Shown here one piece after another: positions 23,606-37,675 of a DNA stretch of 64,000 nt (position 1 is the stretch's first letter; every line of letters starts with the position of its first letter). This DNA comes from Chiloscyllium plagiosum (Eukaryota). The position numbers were made by a program, and so were the translations under genes. The notes beneath the pieces were generated by a model. It had not been told where the DNA came from, ran no database searches, and worked only from the letters and a program-made list of their open reading frames with translations. The stretch is from positions 77,140,079 through 77,204,078 of the forward strand of contig NC_057718.1 of NCBI RefSeq assembly GCF_004010195.1, in the 5' to 3' direction.

Positions 23606-26418
23606 CATTCCGTGAGTTAAATGAGATATTATAGCCATTACAGAAACATGGCTAAGAGAGGGACAGGACTGGCAGCTTAATGTGCCAGGGTACAGATGCT
23701 TTAGGTGGGACAGAAGTGGTGGAAAGAGGGGAGGGGAAGTTGCATTTCTGATTAAGCTGAGTATCACAGCAGTAGTCAGAGATGAAATAACTGAAGGATC
23801 ATCCAGTGAGGCTTTGTGGGTGGAGTTGAAAAATAAGAAGAGGATGGTAATGTCATTGGGGTTGTACTATAGACCCCTAAATCATCAGCAGGAATTAGAT
23901 GAACAAATATGCAGGGAAACTGAGGAGACTTGCAGGAGTAAGAGGGTTGTTATAGTAGGGAATTTTAATTTTCGTGACAGACTGAGAATGCCAGAGCATT
24001 AAAGGTTTAAATGGGATGGAATTTGTTAAGTGCATTCAGGAAAGTTTCCTCAAGCAGCAAATAGAGGATCCTACTCAAGAAGGGGCAAAACTTGATCTAC
24101 TCTTGAGAAATAGGGCAGGATAGGTGATGGAGATGACAGTGGAGGAGTACTTTGGGACCAGTGACCATAGTTCTATTAATTTCAAAAAAGTTATGGAGAA
24201 GGACAAAACTGATCCACAGGTTCAAGTTCTAAATTGGGGCAAGGCGATATTTGATGGAATTAGACAGGAGCTTGCAGGGGTTGATTGGATAGTTTGTTTG
24301 CAGGCAAAGGAACCTCCGGCAAGTGGGAGGCCTTTAAAAGTGAGATAGCTGGAGTTCAAGGTCTCTATGTACCTGTGAGGGTGAAAGGCAAAATTGGTAG
24401 GAAGAGGGAATCCTGGATGACGAGAGATATTGAGGATTTGACCAGAAAAAGGGAGACGTGGCTCAGGTACAGGCAGCTGGGATCCAGGAAGTGTAAAGGG
24501 AATACAGGAGTCTACTGGAGAAGGAAATCAGGAGGGTGAAATGGGGGCACAAAATAACATTAGCTGAGAAGATTAGGATGAATCCAAAGAGGTACTTTAA
24601 GTATATTAAAGGAAAAAGAATAACTAGAAAGACAATAAGGCCTTCAAGGAGCAAAGTGGACATGTATGTGTAACTGTAGGGGATGGGCAAGGTTCTCAAT
24701 GACTATTTCTCCTCTGTGTTTATCATGGAGAAAGACATAAAGACTTGGGAACTTGGGGAAGTTAGTGGTGATGTCTTGGGGACAGTCCATATCACAGCAG
24801 AGGAGACGTTGGATGTATTAGAATGTATGAAGGTGGATAAATCTCGTGGTTCTGACCAGATATATCCAAGAAAATACAAGAGGCTAAAAAATAAATTGTG
24901 GGGGCCCTGGCTGGTATTTTTGCATCATCGTTAGCTCTGGGTGAGGTCCCGGAAGTCATGCCATTATTCAAGAAAAACTACATAGAAAAGCCTGGGAACT
25001 ATACACCAGTAACCTAACATCTGGTGGTGGGTAAGTTACTTGAGAAGATTTTGAGGGATATGATACATATTTGGAAATATATCTCTTCTTTATTTCTAAT
25101 CCTACCTCATCAAATCCTGTTTTATTCTATTTGGAAAGACAGGGTTTGATTAGGAGTAGTCAACATGGCTTTGTGAATGGGAGAATCATGCCTCACAAAT
25201 TTGTTAGAGTTCTTTGATGAAGTGACCAGGAAGGTTGACAAGAGCAGAGTGATAGACATAGTCCATATGAATTTCAGTAAGGCCTTTGATGAGTTTCCAC
25301 ATGGTAGGTTGCTCTGGAAGGTTATGTGTCATATAGTCTACAGCAAGCTGGCAAATTGGATACAAAATTGGCTTGTTGGTAGGAAGCAGAGGGTAATAGT
25401 GGAAGGATGCTTGCTGGACAGGAGGCCTGTGACTAGTGGAGTGCCTCATGGGTCGGTGCTGAGCTCATTGCTGTTTGTTATCTATATTAATTATTTGGAT
25501 GAGAACATACAAGGCATGATTAGTAAGCTTGCTGATAATACTAAAATTGGCGGTATCGTGGACAGTGAGGAAAGTTGTCAGAAATTGCATCAGGATCTTG
25601 ATCAGCTGGGAAAGTGGGCCAACAAATGGTAAATGGAGTTTAATATAGATAAGTGTGAGGTCTTGTATTTTGGAAAGTCAAATCAGGGTGGGAGTTTCAT
25701 GGTGAATGGAAGGGCCTTAAGGAGGATAGTGGATAGTGGAACAGAGCGATATTGGAGTTCAGGTTCACAGTTCTCTGAAAGTGGAATCACAGGGCAGTGC
25801 AGAAGGCTTTTGGCACACTGGCCTTCATCAGTCAGGGCATTGAGTATCGAAGTTGGGAAGTTATGTTGCCCAACTTGGAGTATTGTGTTCAGTTTTGGTC
25901 ATCTTCTTATACGAAGAATGTTATTAAACTGGAAAGAATGCAGAAGAAATTGACAAGGATGTTGCCAGGACTCAATAGTCTGAGTTATAGGGATAGGTTA
26001 GACAAGCTAGGATGTTTCTCTTGAAAGTGTAGGAGACTGAGGGGGGAACCTTGTATAAGAGCATGCGTGGCCTGGATAGGGTGAATGCTCTCAGTATTTT
26101 TTCCAGGGTTGGGGACTGGAGGACGAGAGGGCATCAGTTTAAGGTTAGAGGGAAAAGAATAAAAAGGAACCTGAGGGGCAACTTTATTGCACAGAGAGTG
26201 GTAAGCATATGGAATGAACTGCCAATGGAAGTGGTTGAGGCAGGTACATTAATAACATTCAGAAGGCATTTGGACAAATACATGGATAGGAAAGGATTAA
26301 AAGTATGTGGGCCAAGTGCAGGGAAATAGGGTTAGCATGGACAGACATTTCGGTTGGCTTGGACCAGTTTGGGCCACGAGGCCTGTCTCCGTGTTGTAGG
26401 ACTCTATGAGTCTATGAC
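23606..26418 (+). mobile_element. CR1 LINE, near-complete decayed ORF2 plus 3'UTR
   Basis: EN (YRCFRWDRSGGKRGGEVA, GLYYRP), RT (SCLTNLLEFF, FSKAFD, GVPHGSVL, LADNTK), ctatga tail. Confidence 0.95.
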
Positions 26419-27009
26419 TAAACTTATGTGCAAAGTGTCCTTGCAACTGCATTCCAATGAAAGGTGCTGGTGTACTCCAAAGTGCAATATTGAAGTGTAG
26501 AACTGTACTGTAAGTGGATTAGAGGTGTACCATAAGAATTTCAGAAGGCTGTCATGTGTTAACTACCAAGGTTTGTGGAAAGGGGATGTGCGCAGTCAGT
26601 GCCCATACTGAGATATTGATGCCTAGTGATGGAGATCTATAGAGGCAAGCAGCATGTTCGAAATGTCAGAAATTATTGCCATCTAATATCCATCCAACAG
26701 AACAAAAGTAAGAAATTGCATAATAATGAAGTGAGATTAACTAATAATACGATGCTAATACATGAAAATAAGCCTCTTACTAATCCCCAGCAAAAATCCC
26801 ATCTCACCGTTCAAGGTTTGCTTGGGAAGTGGGACTTTTTGCTTTTGAAATCAAGAAGCACCTTGCTGGCCATCTCATGTGATTTTCCCAACTTTTTTGC
26901 TGTGGCCAATTTCCTTTAGGTGCTGGAATTATTCTGCCCATTTCATTTTATTTTGGACAAGAATTTTCTATTTTGTGGTGGCTTTGTTTGAAGACCTTCC
27001 CTATATACT

Positions 27010-27192
27010 GTTAAAAATCACACAACAGCAGGTTATAGTCCAATAGGTTTCCTTGGAAGCACTAGCTTTCGGATCGCTGCTCCTTCACCAGACAGCTAAC
27101 TGCTCCGAAAGCTAGTGCTTCCAAATAAACCTGTCGAACCAAAACCTGCTGTTGTGTGATTTTTAACTTTGTCCACCCCAGTCCAACACCTC
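27010..27192. mobile_element. Non-coding hairpin PLE-derived element with a hammerhead remnant
   Basis: Arms ~27010-27073 and 27104-27167 are reverse complements; gctccGAAAgctagtg; tail tttgtccaccccagtccaacacc. Confidence 0.8.
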
Positions 27193-27760
27193 TGTGACAA
27201 ACTGTAAATTTATTTGATCAAACCACTGGAGTGAAATTTGAACCACAACGCCCTGTGTGAGAGAGATGAGTGTTACCATCTGAGCCGCAGCTGATAAAGC
27301 ACAGTACTTAGGAGGTGGAGTGACCTGTAACAGTAAGGTTTTTACCTTTTCTTACATTTCTCAGGATTTAAAGGCAATTATCTTAATGAGCCAAGAGAAA
27401 TTGTTTTGCTGCACTTCAGTTTCATTTTGGAATACTGCTACTTTTGAGAATGTACCAAATCATTTATCATTAACAGAGGAGTAGACAATAAAGCCAAAGA
27501 ATGCAAACTAAGTCAATTTGTTAACATACTTGATCTGCAGCAAGTCTAAAAATGCAAAAATTTCTTATGATCCATCATCCAGGAAATTTCTCCACAAATG
27601 CTGTTTGACCTTTTGAGATTTTGCAGTATTTTCAGTTTTGATGTTGTTTGACTCACTCTCAGGAGTAAGACTCTACTTATACTTTTTGCTAATAGAGATT
27701 CCCAGAAATTTCCCATATTAGAACAGGATGTAAATATAACCCACTTATTGTTTCTCCCAG

Positions 27761-27860
27761 ACCCATCAGACCTGGAATTAGTGAAAAGCAAAAGACTTTT
27801 GAAGATTTTGTTGAAGAACTACTTAAGGTCGATTCAGAATTAATTCAACAGGATCCGCAG
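27761..27860 (+). CDS. CENPJ: CENPJ-like exon D (100 nt, phase 2-0): PIRPGISEKQKTFEDFVEELLKVDSELIQQDPQ (PN2-3 LID region)
   Basis: Acceptor tttctcccag, donor CAG/gtaaca; resembles CPAP ERPIK..ERKQTFEDYLEEQI. Confidence 0.92.
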
Positions 27861-28227
27861 GTAACAAAGCTATTTTCCAAAGCTATGTACCAAACACAAT
27901 TGAGTTGTTGGTTAAAGTGATTTTATACTTTCAACATTTAAGAAAGATGTATAGAAATTAAGTATTAACTATTGAAAGAAGGATCAGCATCAGTCAGGGA
28001 GAGGTTGGATTTTAGTGCCAACAATGAGTGTGTTGATTATTACTGGGAAGTTAAAATATTAAATATTTCAAACCTGAACGTAATTTATTTGAACTACCCT
28101 TTTTCAAGTTTTAGTGGAAGTGAGATGGAGGGATATGGGCAAGTAACTAACTTGTTCCCAGGAGATATATAGGAAGGCAAGGATATTGCTAAGGTTGGAG
28201 GATTTGAGCAATAGGAAGAGGCTAGCG

Positions 28228-28640
28228 AGTTTTGAAATGTAAGTTTGCTCGCTGAGCTGGAAGATTCATTTTCAGAAGTTTCATTACCATACTAGGTAAC
28301 ATCATCAGTGAGCCTCTGGTGGAGCACTGATGTTAGTGATCTGCTTTCGATTTAGGTGTTTAGGTTTCCTTGGGTTGGTGATGCAATTTCCTGTGGTGAT
28401 GCAATTTCCTGTGGTGACATCATTTCCTGTTCTTCTTCTCAGAGGATGGTAAATGGGGTCTAAATGTTTGTTGATAGAGATCCAGTAGGAATGTCATGCT
28501 TCTAGGAATTCCTGTGCTTGTCTCTGTTTGGCTTGTACTAGGATGGATGAGTTGTCCCAGTCGAAGTGGTGTCCTTCCTCATCTATATGTAAGGATACTC
28601 GTGAGAATGGGTCATGTCTTTTTGTGGCTAGTTGCTCACT
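28228..28640 (-). mobile_element. Penelope-like 3' fragment (GIY-YIG end + pLTR + hammerhead at 28272-28311)
   Basis: EQLATKRHDPFSRVSLHIDEEGHHFDWDNSSILVQAKQRQAQEFLEA; CUGAUGA-uguuacc..gguaau-GAAA; internal 18-bp tandem repeat at ~28378-28430. Confidence 0.85.
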
Positions 28641-30435
28641 GGCTGGGGTAACTAGGGAGAGAATAGGGCCCCTCAAAAATCAGCAAGGCTGTGGATGTGT
28701 GGAGCTACAGGAGATGGGGAGATACTAAATGAGTATTTTGCATCAGTATTTACTGGGGAGAAGGACATGGAAGATATAGAATGTGGGGAAATAGAATGTG
28801 ACATCTTGAAAAATGTCCATATTACAGAGGAGGAAGTGTTGGATGTCTTGAAATGCATAGAAGTGGAAAAATCCCCAGGACATGATCAGGTGTTTCCTAG
28901 AATCCTGTGGAAAGCTAGGGAAGTGTTTGCTGAACTCCTTGCTGAGATATGTGTATCATTGATAGTCAAAGTAAGGTGCTGGAAGACTGGAGGTTGGTTA
29001 ATGTGGTACCACTATTTAAGAAAAGTGGAAGGAAAAGCCAGGAAACTATAGACCAGTGAGCCTGACTTCAGTGATGGGAAAGTTGTTGAAGGGAATCTTG
29101 AGGGACAGGATTTATATGTATTTGGAAAGGCAAAAATTGATTAGGGATAGTCAGCATGGCTTTGTGCATGGAAAATCATGTCTCATGAATGTGATTTGAG
29201 TTTTTTGAAGAAGTAACAAAGAGTATTGATGAGGCCAGAGTGGTGGACGTGATCTATATGGAATTCAGTAAGGCATTTGACAAGGTTCCCGTGGGAGACT
29301 GGTTAGCAAGGTTAGATCTCATGGAATACAGGGAGAACTAGCCATTTGGATATAGAACTAGCTCAAAGGTATCAGACAAGGGATGGTGGTAGAAGGTTGC
29401 TTTTCAGACTGTAGGCCTGTGACCAGTGGAGTGCCACAAGGTTCAGTGCTAGGTACACTACTTTTCGTCATTTATACAAATGATTTGGTTGTGAACATAG
29501 GAGGTAATGTCAGTAAGTTTGCAGGTGACACCAAAATTGGAGGTGTACTGGACAGTGAAGAAGGTTACCTCAGAGTACAACAGAATTTTGATCAGATGGG
29601 CTAATGGGCTGAGGAGTGGGAGATGGAATTTAATTTAGATAAATGCAAGGTGCTGCATTTTGGAAAAGCAATTTAGAGCAGGACTTATACACTTATTGGA
29701 AAGGTCTTGGGGAGTGTTACTAAACAAAGGGACCTTGGAGTGCAGGTTCATACTTCCTTGAAAGTCAAGTCACAGGTAGATAAGATAGTGAAGAAGGCAT
29801 TTGGTATGCTTTCGTTTATTGGTGTGAGCATTCAGTATAAGAGTTGTGAGGTCGTGTTGTGGCTATACAGGACATTGATTAGGCCACTTTTGGAATATTG
29901 CATGCAATTCTGATCTCCTTCCTATCGGAAGGATGTTGTGAAACTTGAAAGGGTTCAGAAAAGAGTTCCAAGGATGTTGCCAGGGTTGGAGGATTTGAGC
30001 TATCGGGAGAGACTGAATAGGCTGTGGCTGTTTTCCCTGGAATGTCAGAGGTGGAGGGGTGACCTTTTAGAGTCTTATATAGTCATGAGGGGCATAAATA
30101 GACAAAGTCTTTTTCCCTGCGGCGGGGGAGTCCAGAACTAGAGTGCATAGGTTTAGGGTGAGAGGGGGAGGATATAAAAGGGACCTAAGGGGCAGCTTTT
30201 TCACACAGAGGGTGGTACGTGTATGGAATGAGCTGCCAGAGGAAGTGGTGGAGGCTGGTAAAATTGCAACATTTAAAAGGCATCTGGATGGGTATAATAA
30301 CAGGAAGGGTTTGGAGGGATATAGACTAAATGCTGGCAAATGGGACTTGATTAATTTAGGATATCTGGTCGGCATGTACGAGTTGGACTGAAGAGTCTAT
30401 TTCTGTGCTGTATATCTCTATGACTGTATATGACT
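28640..30435 (+). mobile_element. CR1 LINE, 5'-truncated
   Basis: [35 protein letters not shown], atgact tail. Confidence 0.95.
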
Positions 30436-31165
30436 CTCTTTAGATTATGCATCATTTTTGAACTGTTGTAATAAACTACCTTAAAACCATTTATTAATTC
30501 TTGACCACCTATTTTGGGTAATTTTTGATTCTCAAATTTTATAACTCAATCCAACATTCCTTTCCCATAATAGGACTTCCTACCCTCAAGTCATAATATG
30601 ACAGACCTGGCCTTATTAATTTCCCCCAGTCCTTCCATTTCCCAGCAGCCCAGCATGGTAACAAGGCCTATCCACTTGACAGCAAGCCAACCCCTCAATC
30701 TGGCTGATCCCCATCTGGAAAATGGAAACAAAAATGTGTTAATTGGATATTATTGTTAACTTCTGCAGGACCTGAGGCAAAGCTAATCTTCTTTTATTCC
30801 TGAATGAAAAACAGCTCCTCTTCTGGTTCCCCAAATGTATCTGATCCAATAGACCAGAAAATATATTATAATCAGTACTAACTGATGTTACAGAATTTAG
30901 AGATCTGAGATGAAACATGGAATAAGGAGCAAATACTATTAAATAAATGAATTGGGTAATAGTGAATATCTTTATCTTCAAGACAGTGATAGCAAAATAG
31001 ATTAGCTACACAGCACTGTCATCATAATTCAGTACTGCAAGAAATCTGCTTGGAGATGGAACTCAATCATTGTATACTGATTGTTGATCACTGTGCCCCA
31101 CCTTTTATCCATTCTGAAAGCATGAAAGTGAACAATATTAACCAAAGGGTGTGATGTTCATAGTC

Positions 31166-31257
31166 GAGAGAGAGGTGCTGCAAAAGCACAGCAGGTCAGG
31201 CAGCATCCAAGGAGCATGAGAATTGATTTTTAGGGTATACGCCCTTCATCAGGAATC
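31166..31257 (-). mobile_element. ~92-bp PLE pLTR fragment with a degenerate hammerhead
   Basis: Homologous to 36795-36887; flanks atgttcat(a/g)gtc at 31154-31165 and 31258-31269. Confidence 0.7.
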
Positions 31258-31494
31258 ATGTTCATGGTCAATAACCTTTGCTTGGTCAAGTGGTAGCTGC
31301 CAGAAACTTTTGCTGGCATTAGTGGTGAAGAAATTTGCAGACTATTATCTAATCCGTGGCAACATTTTTTCTGTTACCTGCTGCATGGCCAGCATGTCAT
31401 CTAGTTTGTTGCCAATGTCTCGCTTGGTTTGTCCCTGTTCTTTTAATGTACAATAGATCTTGTCTCACTTGCTATATCAATTATCTGGACAGAA

Positions 31495-31895
31495 GCATTT
31501 TTTCAAAATTCATTTGTAGGACAAGGGCATTGCTGGTTGGCCAGCCTTTATTGCTCAGCTGTAGCTGTCCTTGAAGGAGTTTTTTAACAATTTTTACAAC
31601 TGAATGCCTTACGAGGCCATTTCAGAGGGTGATTGAGAGGCAATCACATTGCTGTGGGTTGGAGTCACATGTAGACCAGACCAGGTGAAGATGTCCGATT
31701 TCCTTCCCTGAAGGACATTAGTGAATCAGATAGGATTCTCTGACAATTGTTTCATGATCATCAGTAGATTCTTAATTACAGTTATCTTTTTATTCCACCA
31801 TTTGCCACAGTAGCATTCAAACCCAGGTCCCTAGAACATTGACTGAGTTTCTGGATTAATAATCTAATGATGATACTACTAGGCCATTGCCTCTC
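31495..31895 (-). mobile_element. tRNA-derived SINE, family 2
   Basis: tRNA-like head at the right end; shared ggaaggaaatc...acatgtgactcc core. Confidence 0.75.
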
Positions 31896-32384
31896 CCACA
31901 GTAATGATAATGTAATTCCAACTCTTTAGTCACTCTGTATACATTACTAGATTCCTTCTTAGGAATGTGCTTCTCCATGTACAGACTTAGTTCTCTGTGT
32001 ATCCTGTTCAGACTATTGTATGTCTAATGCTTTCATCATCAGTTACATCTTTGTCTCATTTACATTTACCTGTCCTCCAAGAAAGAAAATGCATATGCGT
32101 AAGGGTGAGACCAGAGCAGGGGCCGTAAGTTTAAGAAAATAAGCAATAAATTCACTATGGAATTTACCCGGTTATGACTTGCAAAGTGCCACAGGCATCA
32201 GTGTTGGTGCCTCAACAAATAGTTAGTTAGACAAAAAGACAGCGTAGCATGTCCAAAGTTTGCTGACAATGCAAAGCTAGGTGAGACTGCAGATGTGAGG
32301 AGGACACAGAAGCTGTAAAGACATTCCAACAGATTGGATGGGCAACAGGATGGGAAATGGAATATAATGTGGAAAAGTGAGGAG

Positions 32385-32840
32385 TCAATGGTGTCATGGT
32401 AAAGTTACTGAATTAGTAACCCAGAAACCTATGCTACTGTTGTAAGGATATAGGTTAAACTCCAGTACAGTAACTGTGCGTTCAATTAAAATTCAGTTAA
32501 TAACTGTAAAATTGAAACGTTGAAACTATAGGAAAGGTTTGGAGGGATAGGGGTCAGGTGCAGACAGGTGGGACTAGTTTAGCTTGAGAACGTGTTCACC
32601 ATGGACTGGTTGGATTGTTGTGAAACCCATTTGATCCACTAATATCCTTTAGCGAAGGAAATCTGTTGGTTTTATTTCCACATGACTCCAGACCCACAGC
32701 AGTGTCATTGGCTCTTAACTGCACTTTGAAGTAGTCTGGTAGTCATTCAGTTCAAGAGACATTTCAGGATAAAGAACAAATTCTAGCATTGCCAATGAAG
32801 CCCACATCCCATGATCCCATGAAACAAAGAATAAAAAATG
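32385..32840 (+). mobile_element. tRNA-derived SINE, family 2, with an inserted CR1 3' tail (~32525-32612)
   Basis: Same core as 31495-31895; tail gcccacatcccatga. Confidence 0.65.
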
Positions 32841-32897
32841 TTCACTTTAGTTGTAAGAATGCCAAATTTCTTTTCAAAACAGTTTGAAGTTGTGTAC

Positions 32898-33270
32898 AAA
32901 AACAGAAATTGCTGGAGAAACTCAGCAGGTCTAGTAGCATCTGTGCAGTGAAAGCAGAGTCAATGTTTCTGGTTCATTGACCCTTCATTGGAGAATTGAA
33001 TGGTCACTGGACCCAAAATGCTAAGTTGCCAGACTTGCTGAATTTATAAAGTCATTAGATCATACAGAACAGAAAGTCTTTTCATTTCAACAAGTCCATG
33101 CTGAACATAATCCCAAACTATACCAGTCCCATCTGCCTGCTCCTGACCCATATCCCTCCAAACCTTTCCTATGTATGTACTTATCTAAATGTCTTTTAAA
33201 TATTGTAATTGTAATCATAATTTCTATTTTTGTTTTAGAATTACAGCATCTGCAGTTTGATGTTTTATTT
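32898..33270. mobile_element. Degenerate hairpin PLE-type element, interrupted by a minus-strand CR1 tail (~33050-33215)
   Basis: aaattgctggagaaactcagcagg...gacttgctgaattt inverted arms; related to 1005-1115. Confidence 0.5.
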
Positions 33271-33984
33271 TAATATTGAACTTGGAAATGTTGACATTCA
33301 GAGAGCCTAAGTCTATTCATACAAGGAATTTGGAAAATCAGTATGCAGGTACAGCAAGTACTTGGGAAAGAAAATAGCATGTTAGGGTCTATTTTGACTC
33401 TTTTGTTCTTCTGAGAGTGCTTAGAATGTTGCTGCCCATAAGGAGGCATTAAAGCAAATAACATCGATGTAATTCTTGGGGGAGTTAGATAAGTTCATAA
33501 TATAGAAAGGAAAAGAAGAATATGCTCATGGGGTTAGATGAAGAAAGATGAGAGGAGACTTTAATGGGATATAAACATAGGCATGGAAATAAATAATGGC
33601 CTGTTTCTCTTTCTGTAAATATTATATTTTGCTGTGTAAGGGCACATCAGAAAAATGAGAACAGGAGGTGCCTAGCATAGAGAAAGCGGTTTCAGCAGGA
33701 GATAGGTGTAGGCAAGTGTAGGTATGAGTATTTTTATTTGGAGTAAAAAGACTTTGTGATTTGAAGATTCAAAATCAATTTAGGATGAAATAATATGCTG
33801 AGGTTAAAAACATTATTGTTAAACCTGAGGCAGAAAATGAAGAGGGAATGGAATCAATGATCTGTTTATAGAATTTATGGCAGGGTTGATGGTGGCTTCA
33901 ATCTTCTGATAATTTAACAAGAGACAGTTAAAGACTCATAACATAGTGACAGCAGAAAGTTGGTGGGATGTGGTGGAGAGAAAA

Positions 33985-34620
33985 GGGTGGTGAAGAAACC
34001 ATTTGCATGTTTGTTTTCATTGCTCAGGTTGTTTAGTGTAGGAGTTGGGACATCATTTAAGATTGTACAAGACATTGGTGAGACCTCTTCTGGAGGTGTC
34101 CAGTTCTGGTTGCCCTGTTATAGGAAGGATCTTATTAAGCTGGAGAGGGTTCAGAAAATATTTACCAGGACATTGCCAGCAATGGAAGATTTGAGTTATG
34201 AGGAGAGGCTGGATAGGCTGGGACTTTTTTCACTGGAGCATAGGAAGTTGAGGGTGATGTTATAGAGATTTATATAATCATGAGATGTATGGATAAGGTG
34301 AATAGCAGGTGTCTTTTCCCTACAGTGGGGGAACTTAAAGATTAGGGGACTAGGAGATGTATTTTTAAGGTGAGAGGAGAAAGATTTTAAAAAGACATGA
34401 AGAGTAACTTTTTTACATTGGGTTATTCGTATGTGGAATGAACTTCTCGAGGAAGTAGTAAATGAGAGAAAATTACAATGTTTAAAAGATATTTGGGTAA
34501 GTACATGATTAAGAAATGTTTGGAGAGATATGGGCCAAGTGCAGGCAGGTGTGACTAGTTTAGTTTGTTCGGCATGGACTAGTTGGACCGAAAAGTAGGA
34601 CTGTATGACTATGACTCTAT
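33985..34620 (+). mobile_element. CR1 3' fragment
   Basis: VQFWLPCYRKDLIKLERVQKIFTR; atgact tail. Confidence 0.9.
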
Positions 34621-36756
34621 AATTGGGAGTCATCAATATGCATTTTTATATTTTTTTAAATTTTCTCAGCTATACCTCACTCTTTCTCTGCCTGTCCCAA
34701 ACAAAAGCATGTTTTCTAACACTTTCCCAACCTGATACCCATTTTTACTGCTAAAAATCTCCCCTCACCTGCCCCTTTCCAATTAAGCCCACTGTAGATT
34801 ATTCTCATGATCCTTCATCTGCACTGAGATAGTTATCTTCCTTTGGGGGTCAGTCGGAGCAGCAACAGCAGCAACATCTGAGCAAAGGAGAACGAACCTG
34901 AGGGTTAACAGCAGCAGTGATAGCAGGATAAATATTTTAAGGTGTGGGGTCTGGACCAAGGTAAGTCTGAGCAGCGACAGCAGCAATAACAGAGTGAAGG
35001 AGTGCAAGTCTGGGTCTGTGTGGATCTGAATCTGGGGGGGCAGCTGTGGAGGTGACATTATGATTCAAAAAAGTGACATAGGCTTGGCTGCTCAGGAACC
35101 AGGTTTGCAGACTGAGTGAGAGTGGCTGGAGAGAGATAAAGTACTTACTTTTCATTGGTGTAGTCTACTAGGAATAAAGTGCAAGTGCAAGGGACCTGAC
35201 TTTGGTGAAGAGTGAGTTAGGTTGTGTAATCAGTTCCTGAATTATCATCTGCAGTTGATAAGGCTGAGGAGAACTCAGCTTTGTGGAATGCTCCTCCTGC
35301 AATACATGGAAAATCAGAGACATTTCCATGGAGTAACGGATGGACTCACTATTAATCATTCATGGGTCTGAGAATGTTGTGGATAGCACACTTAGTGAGA
35401 TAGTCACACCACTACTTATAGATACACAGATACAGAAGAGTTGGGTGACCACCAAGAAGACTAGTAAACATGGCCAGGTAGAGCAGGAATCCTCTGTGGC
35501 CATTCCCCTCTCAAACAGGTATAATGTTTTGGATACTGTTGAATGGATGGTCTCTCAGGAAAGTAGCAACAGCAACAAGATCAGTGGCACCAATGCTGAC
35601 ACTGTTGTATAGTGGGGAGATTGAAGTGTAGGTGAGCAGTATTGATGGATGAATCTACAGTCTGGGACATGGACAGATGTTTCTGTGGCTGCAAGAGAGA
35701 CTCTAGGATGTTGTGTTGCTTCACTGGTGCCAGAGTTAAGGATGCTTCAGAGTAGGCAAGAGATATTCCGAAGAAGGAGGGTGAGCAGCCAGAGATTGTG
35801 GTCCATTTTGATACTAATGATATAGGGAAACAGAGAGATGTAAATGGAGTTCAGGAAATTAGGTAAGAAGGATGTCAGGATTACTACCTGTGCCACATTC
35901 CAGTGAGGCTAGGAATAGAAATATAGTACAATTAAAATGTGGCTAAAGAGCAGTTGTAGGAGGGAGAACTTTAGCCATGTAGATCATTAGGATGTCTTCC
36001 AGGGTAGATGGGTCTTGTATGAAAAAGACAGGTTGCACCTAAACTGGAGGTGTACCGATATCCTGGCAAGTGCTACACAGGGAGTGTTTAAACTAGGGTG
36101 GCAGGGAGGCAGGGACTAGAGCAGTAGGTCAGCAAGTAAAATAACTGAGGAGAAGTCAGAAACTAAGGCCAGTAAGATGAAGAGGAAGAACAAACTGAAG
36201 ATGGTAGGACTGGCAGTCTGTGATGTACTCGTCTTAATCTGAGGAGTCTGACAGGTAAGGCAGATGAACTTAGAGTTTTGATTATTTCAAATAACCATGA
36301 TGTTGTAGCCATTACAAAGACTTGGCTAAGAGAGAGAAAGAGAGAGAGAAACAAGACTGGCAAGTTAACGTTTCAAGCGAGACAGAGACTGATGTAAAAG
36401 ATGTGGGGGAGTTATGTTTTTGATAAGGGAGAATATCACAGCTGTACTGATGGAGGACACCTTGAAGAGTACATCCGGCGAGGCCATATGGGAAGGGTAG
36501 GATTGTACCTAGAGTCTTTGATGGGATTGCACTACAAAGCTTCCAAAAGTGAGCGGGTGATAGAGAAACATGAATATGGACAGATTAAGGAAAAATGTTA
36601 AAACAGGATGGTTATTTTGGTGGGTGATTTTAATTTCCTCTATATTGACTGGAATTCATTTAGCATTAGGGGCTTGGATGGTGGGGCAATTTGTTAACTG
36701 TGTCCAGGATGGTTCTTTGAAACAAAATGTAAATAGTCCAATTAGGGGAAATCAAC

Positions 36757-37045
36757 TAGGAGAAATTAAGGACCGCAGATGCTGGAGATCAGAGTCAAGA
36801 GTGTAGTGCTGGAAAAGCACAGCGAGTCAGGCAGCATCCAAGGAGCAGAAGAATCGACGTTTCGGGCAAAAGCCCTTCATCAGGAATGAGGCTTGTGAGC
36901 CAAGGGGTGGAGAGATAAATGGGGGCGGGGAAAGTGGGACTGGAGGGAAGGTAGCTAAGAGTGCAATAGGTGGATAGGTGGGGGTAATGGTGATAGGTCG
37001 GGGAGGAGGGTGGAGCGGATAGGTGGGAAGGAAGTTGGAAGGGAA
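36757..37045 (-). mobile_element. PLE 3' end with an intact hammerhead motif at 36852-36887
   Basis: auuc-CUGAUGA-a-gggc-uuuu-gccc-GAAA-cg-UC-gauu; same family as 59584-60693 and 62373-62503. Confidence 0.8.
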
Positions 37046-37049
37046 CGAG

Positions 37050-37597
37050 GGGTCTTAAAAAAATCCAGGCTCCCAATCGGCTGGGTTGATACCGAGATGA
37101 AAAGGGTATTGTGAGGCCTTTTTCTTTAAATGTAAACAGGTGAGACTTCAGGCGAAAGCTTTCATGTTTTAGAAGTAACCTGTATAATGAAAGAGAAGTG
37201 GTCAGTCCTGCAAGCTGAAGTCTTGGTTGAGTGAGTTCAGCAGTGGGCTATGTGGAAACAGGCTGCTAAACTCTCTGTCCTTCTAACTGCGACCTGTAAG
37301 CCTCTTTCATTTTTACTGTGTTTAAGGGGTTTGTTTATTGGGACTGTCGCACGTATTTTTCGGAACAGCATAATTAAGTCTAGTTTGGATAGACTGAGGT
37401 CTGTGGTATACTATATTCTATTCTTTGTGTTTCATTCCATAATTTTGTGAATAGATTTTTGTCTGTTTTAAAACTTGGTAGTCAACATAACTAACTTCGG
37501 GTAATTTTCACTGTACGCTTACCGAAACAAATTGCAAAGTTAGGGTCTGGGTTACTTGCTTAAGAATGTTTTGAATGATCTGACCTAATCCATAACA
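37050..37597. mobile_element. Possible LTR fragment
   Basis: Non-CR1 block inside the CR1, ending in ...ccataaCA where CR1 ORF2 resumes; left end undefined. Confidence 0.4.
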
Positions 37598-37675
37598 CTG
37601 TATCAGGGTAAAGGAACATCTGGTATTTCGGCATCTTTTGAAGGCAAGTTGATTAGAGTTCAGGACCAGCATATA

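Noticed and set aside
28378..28430. CRISPR-like or regulatory repeat array
   Set aside because: Spacer-less 18-bp tandem repeat inside a PLE; eukaryotic context
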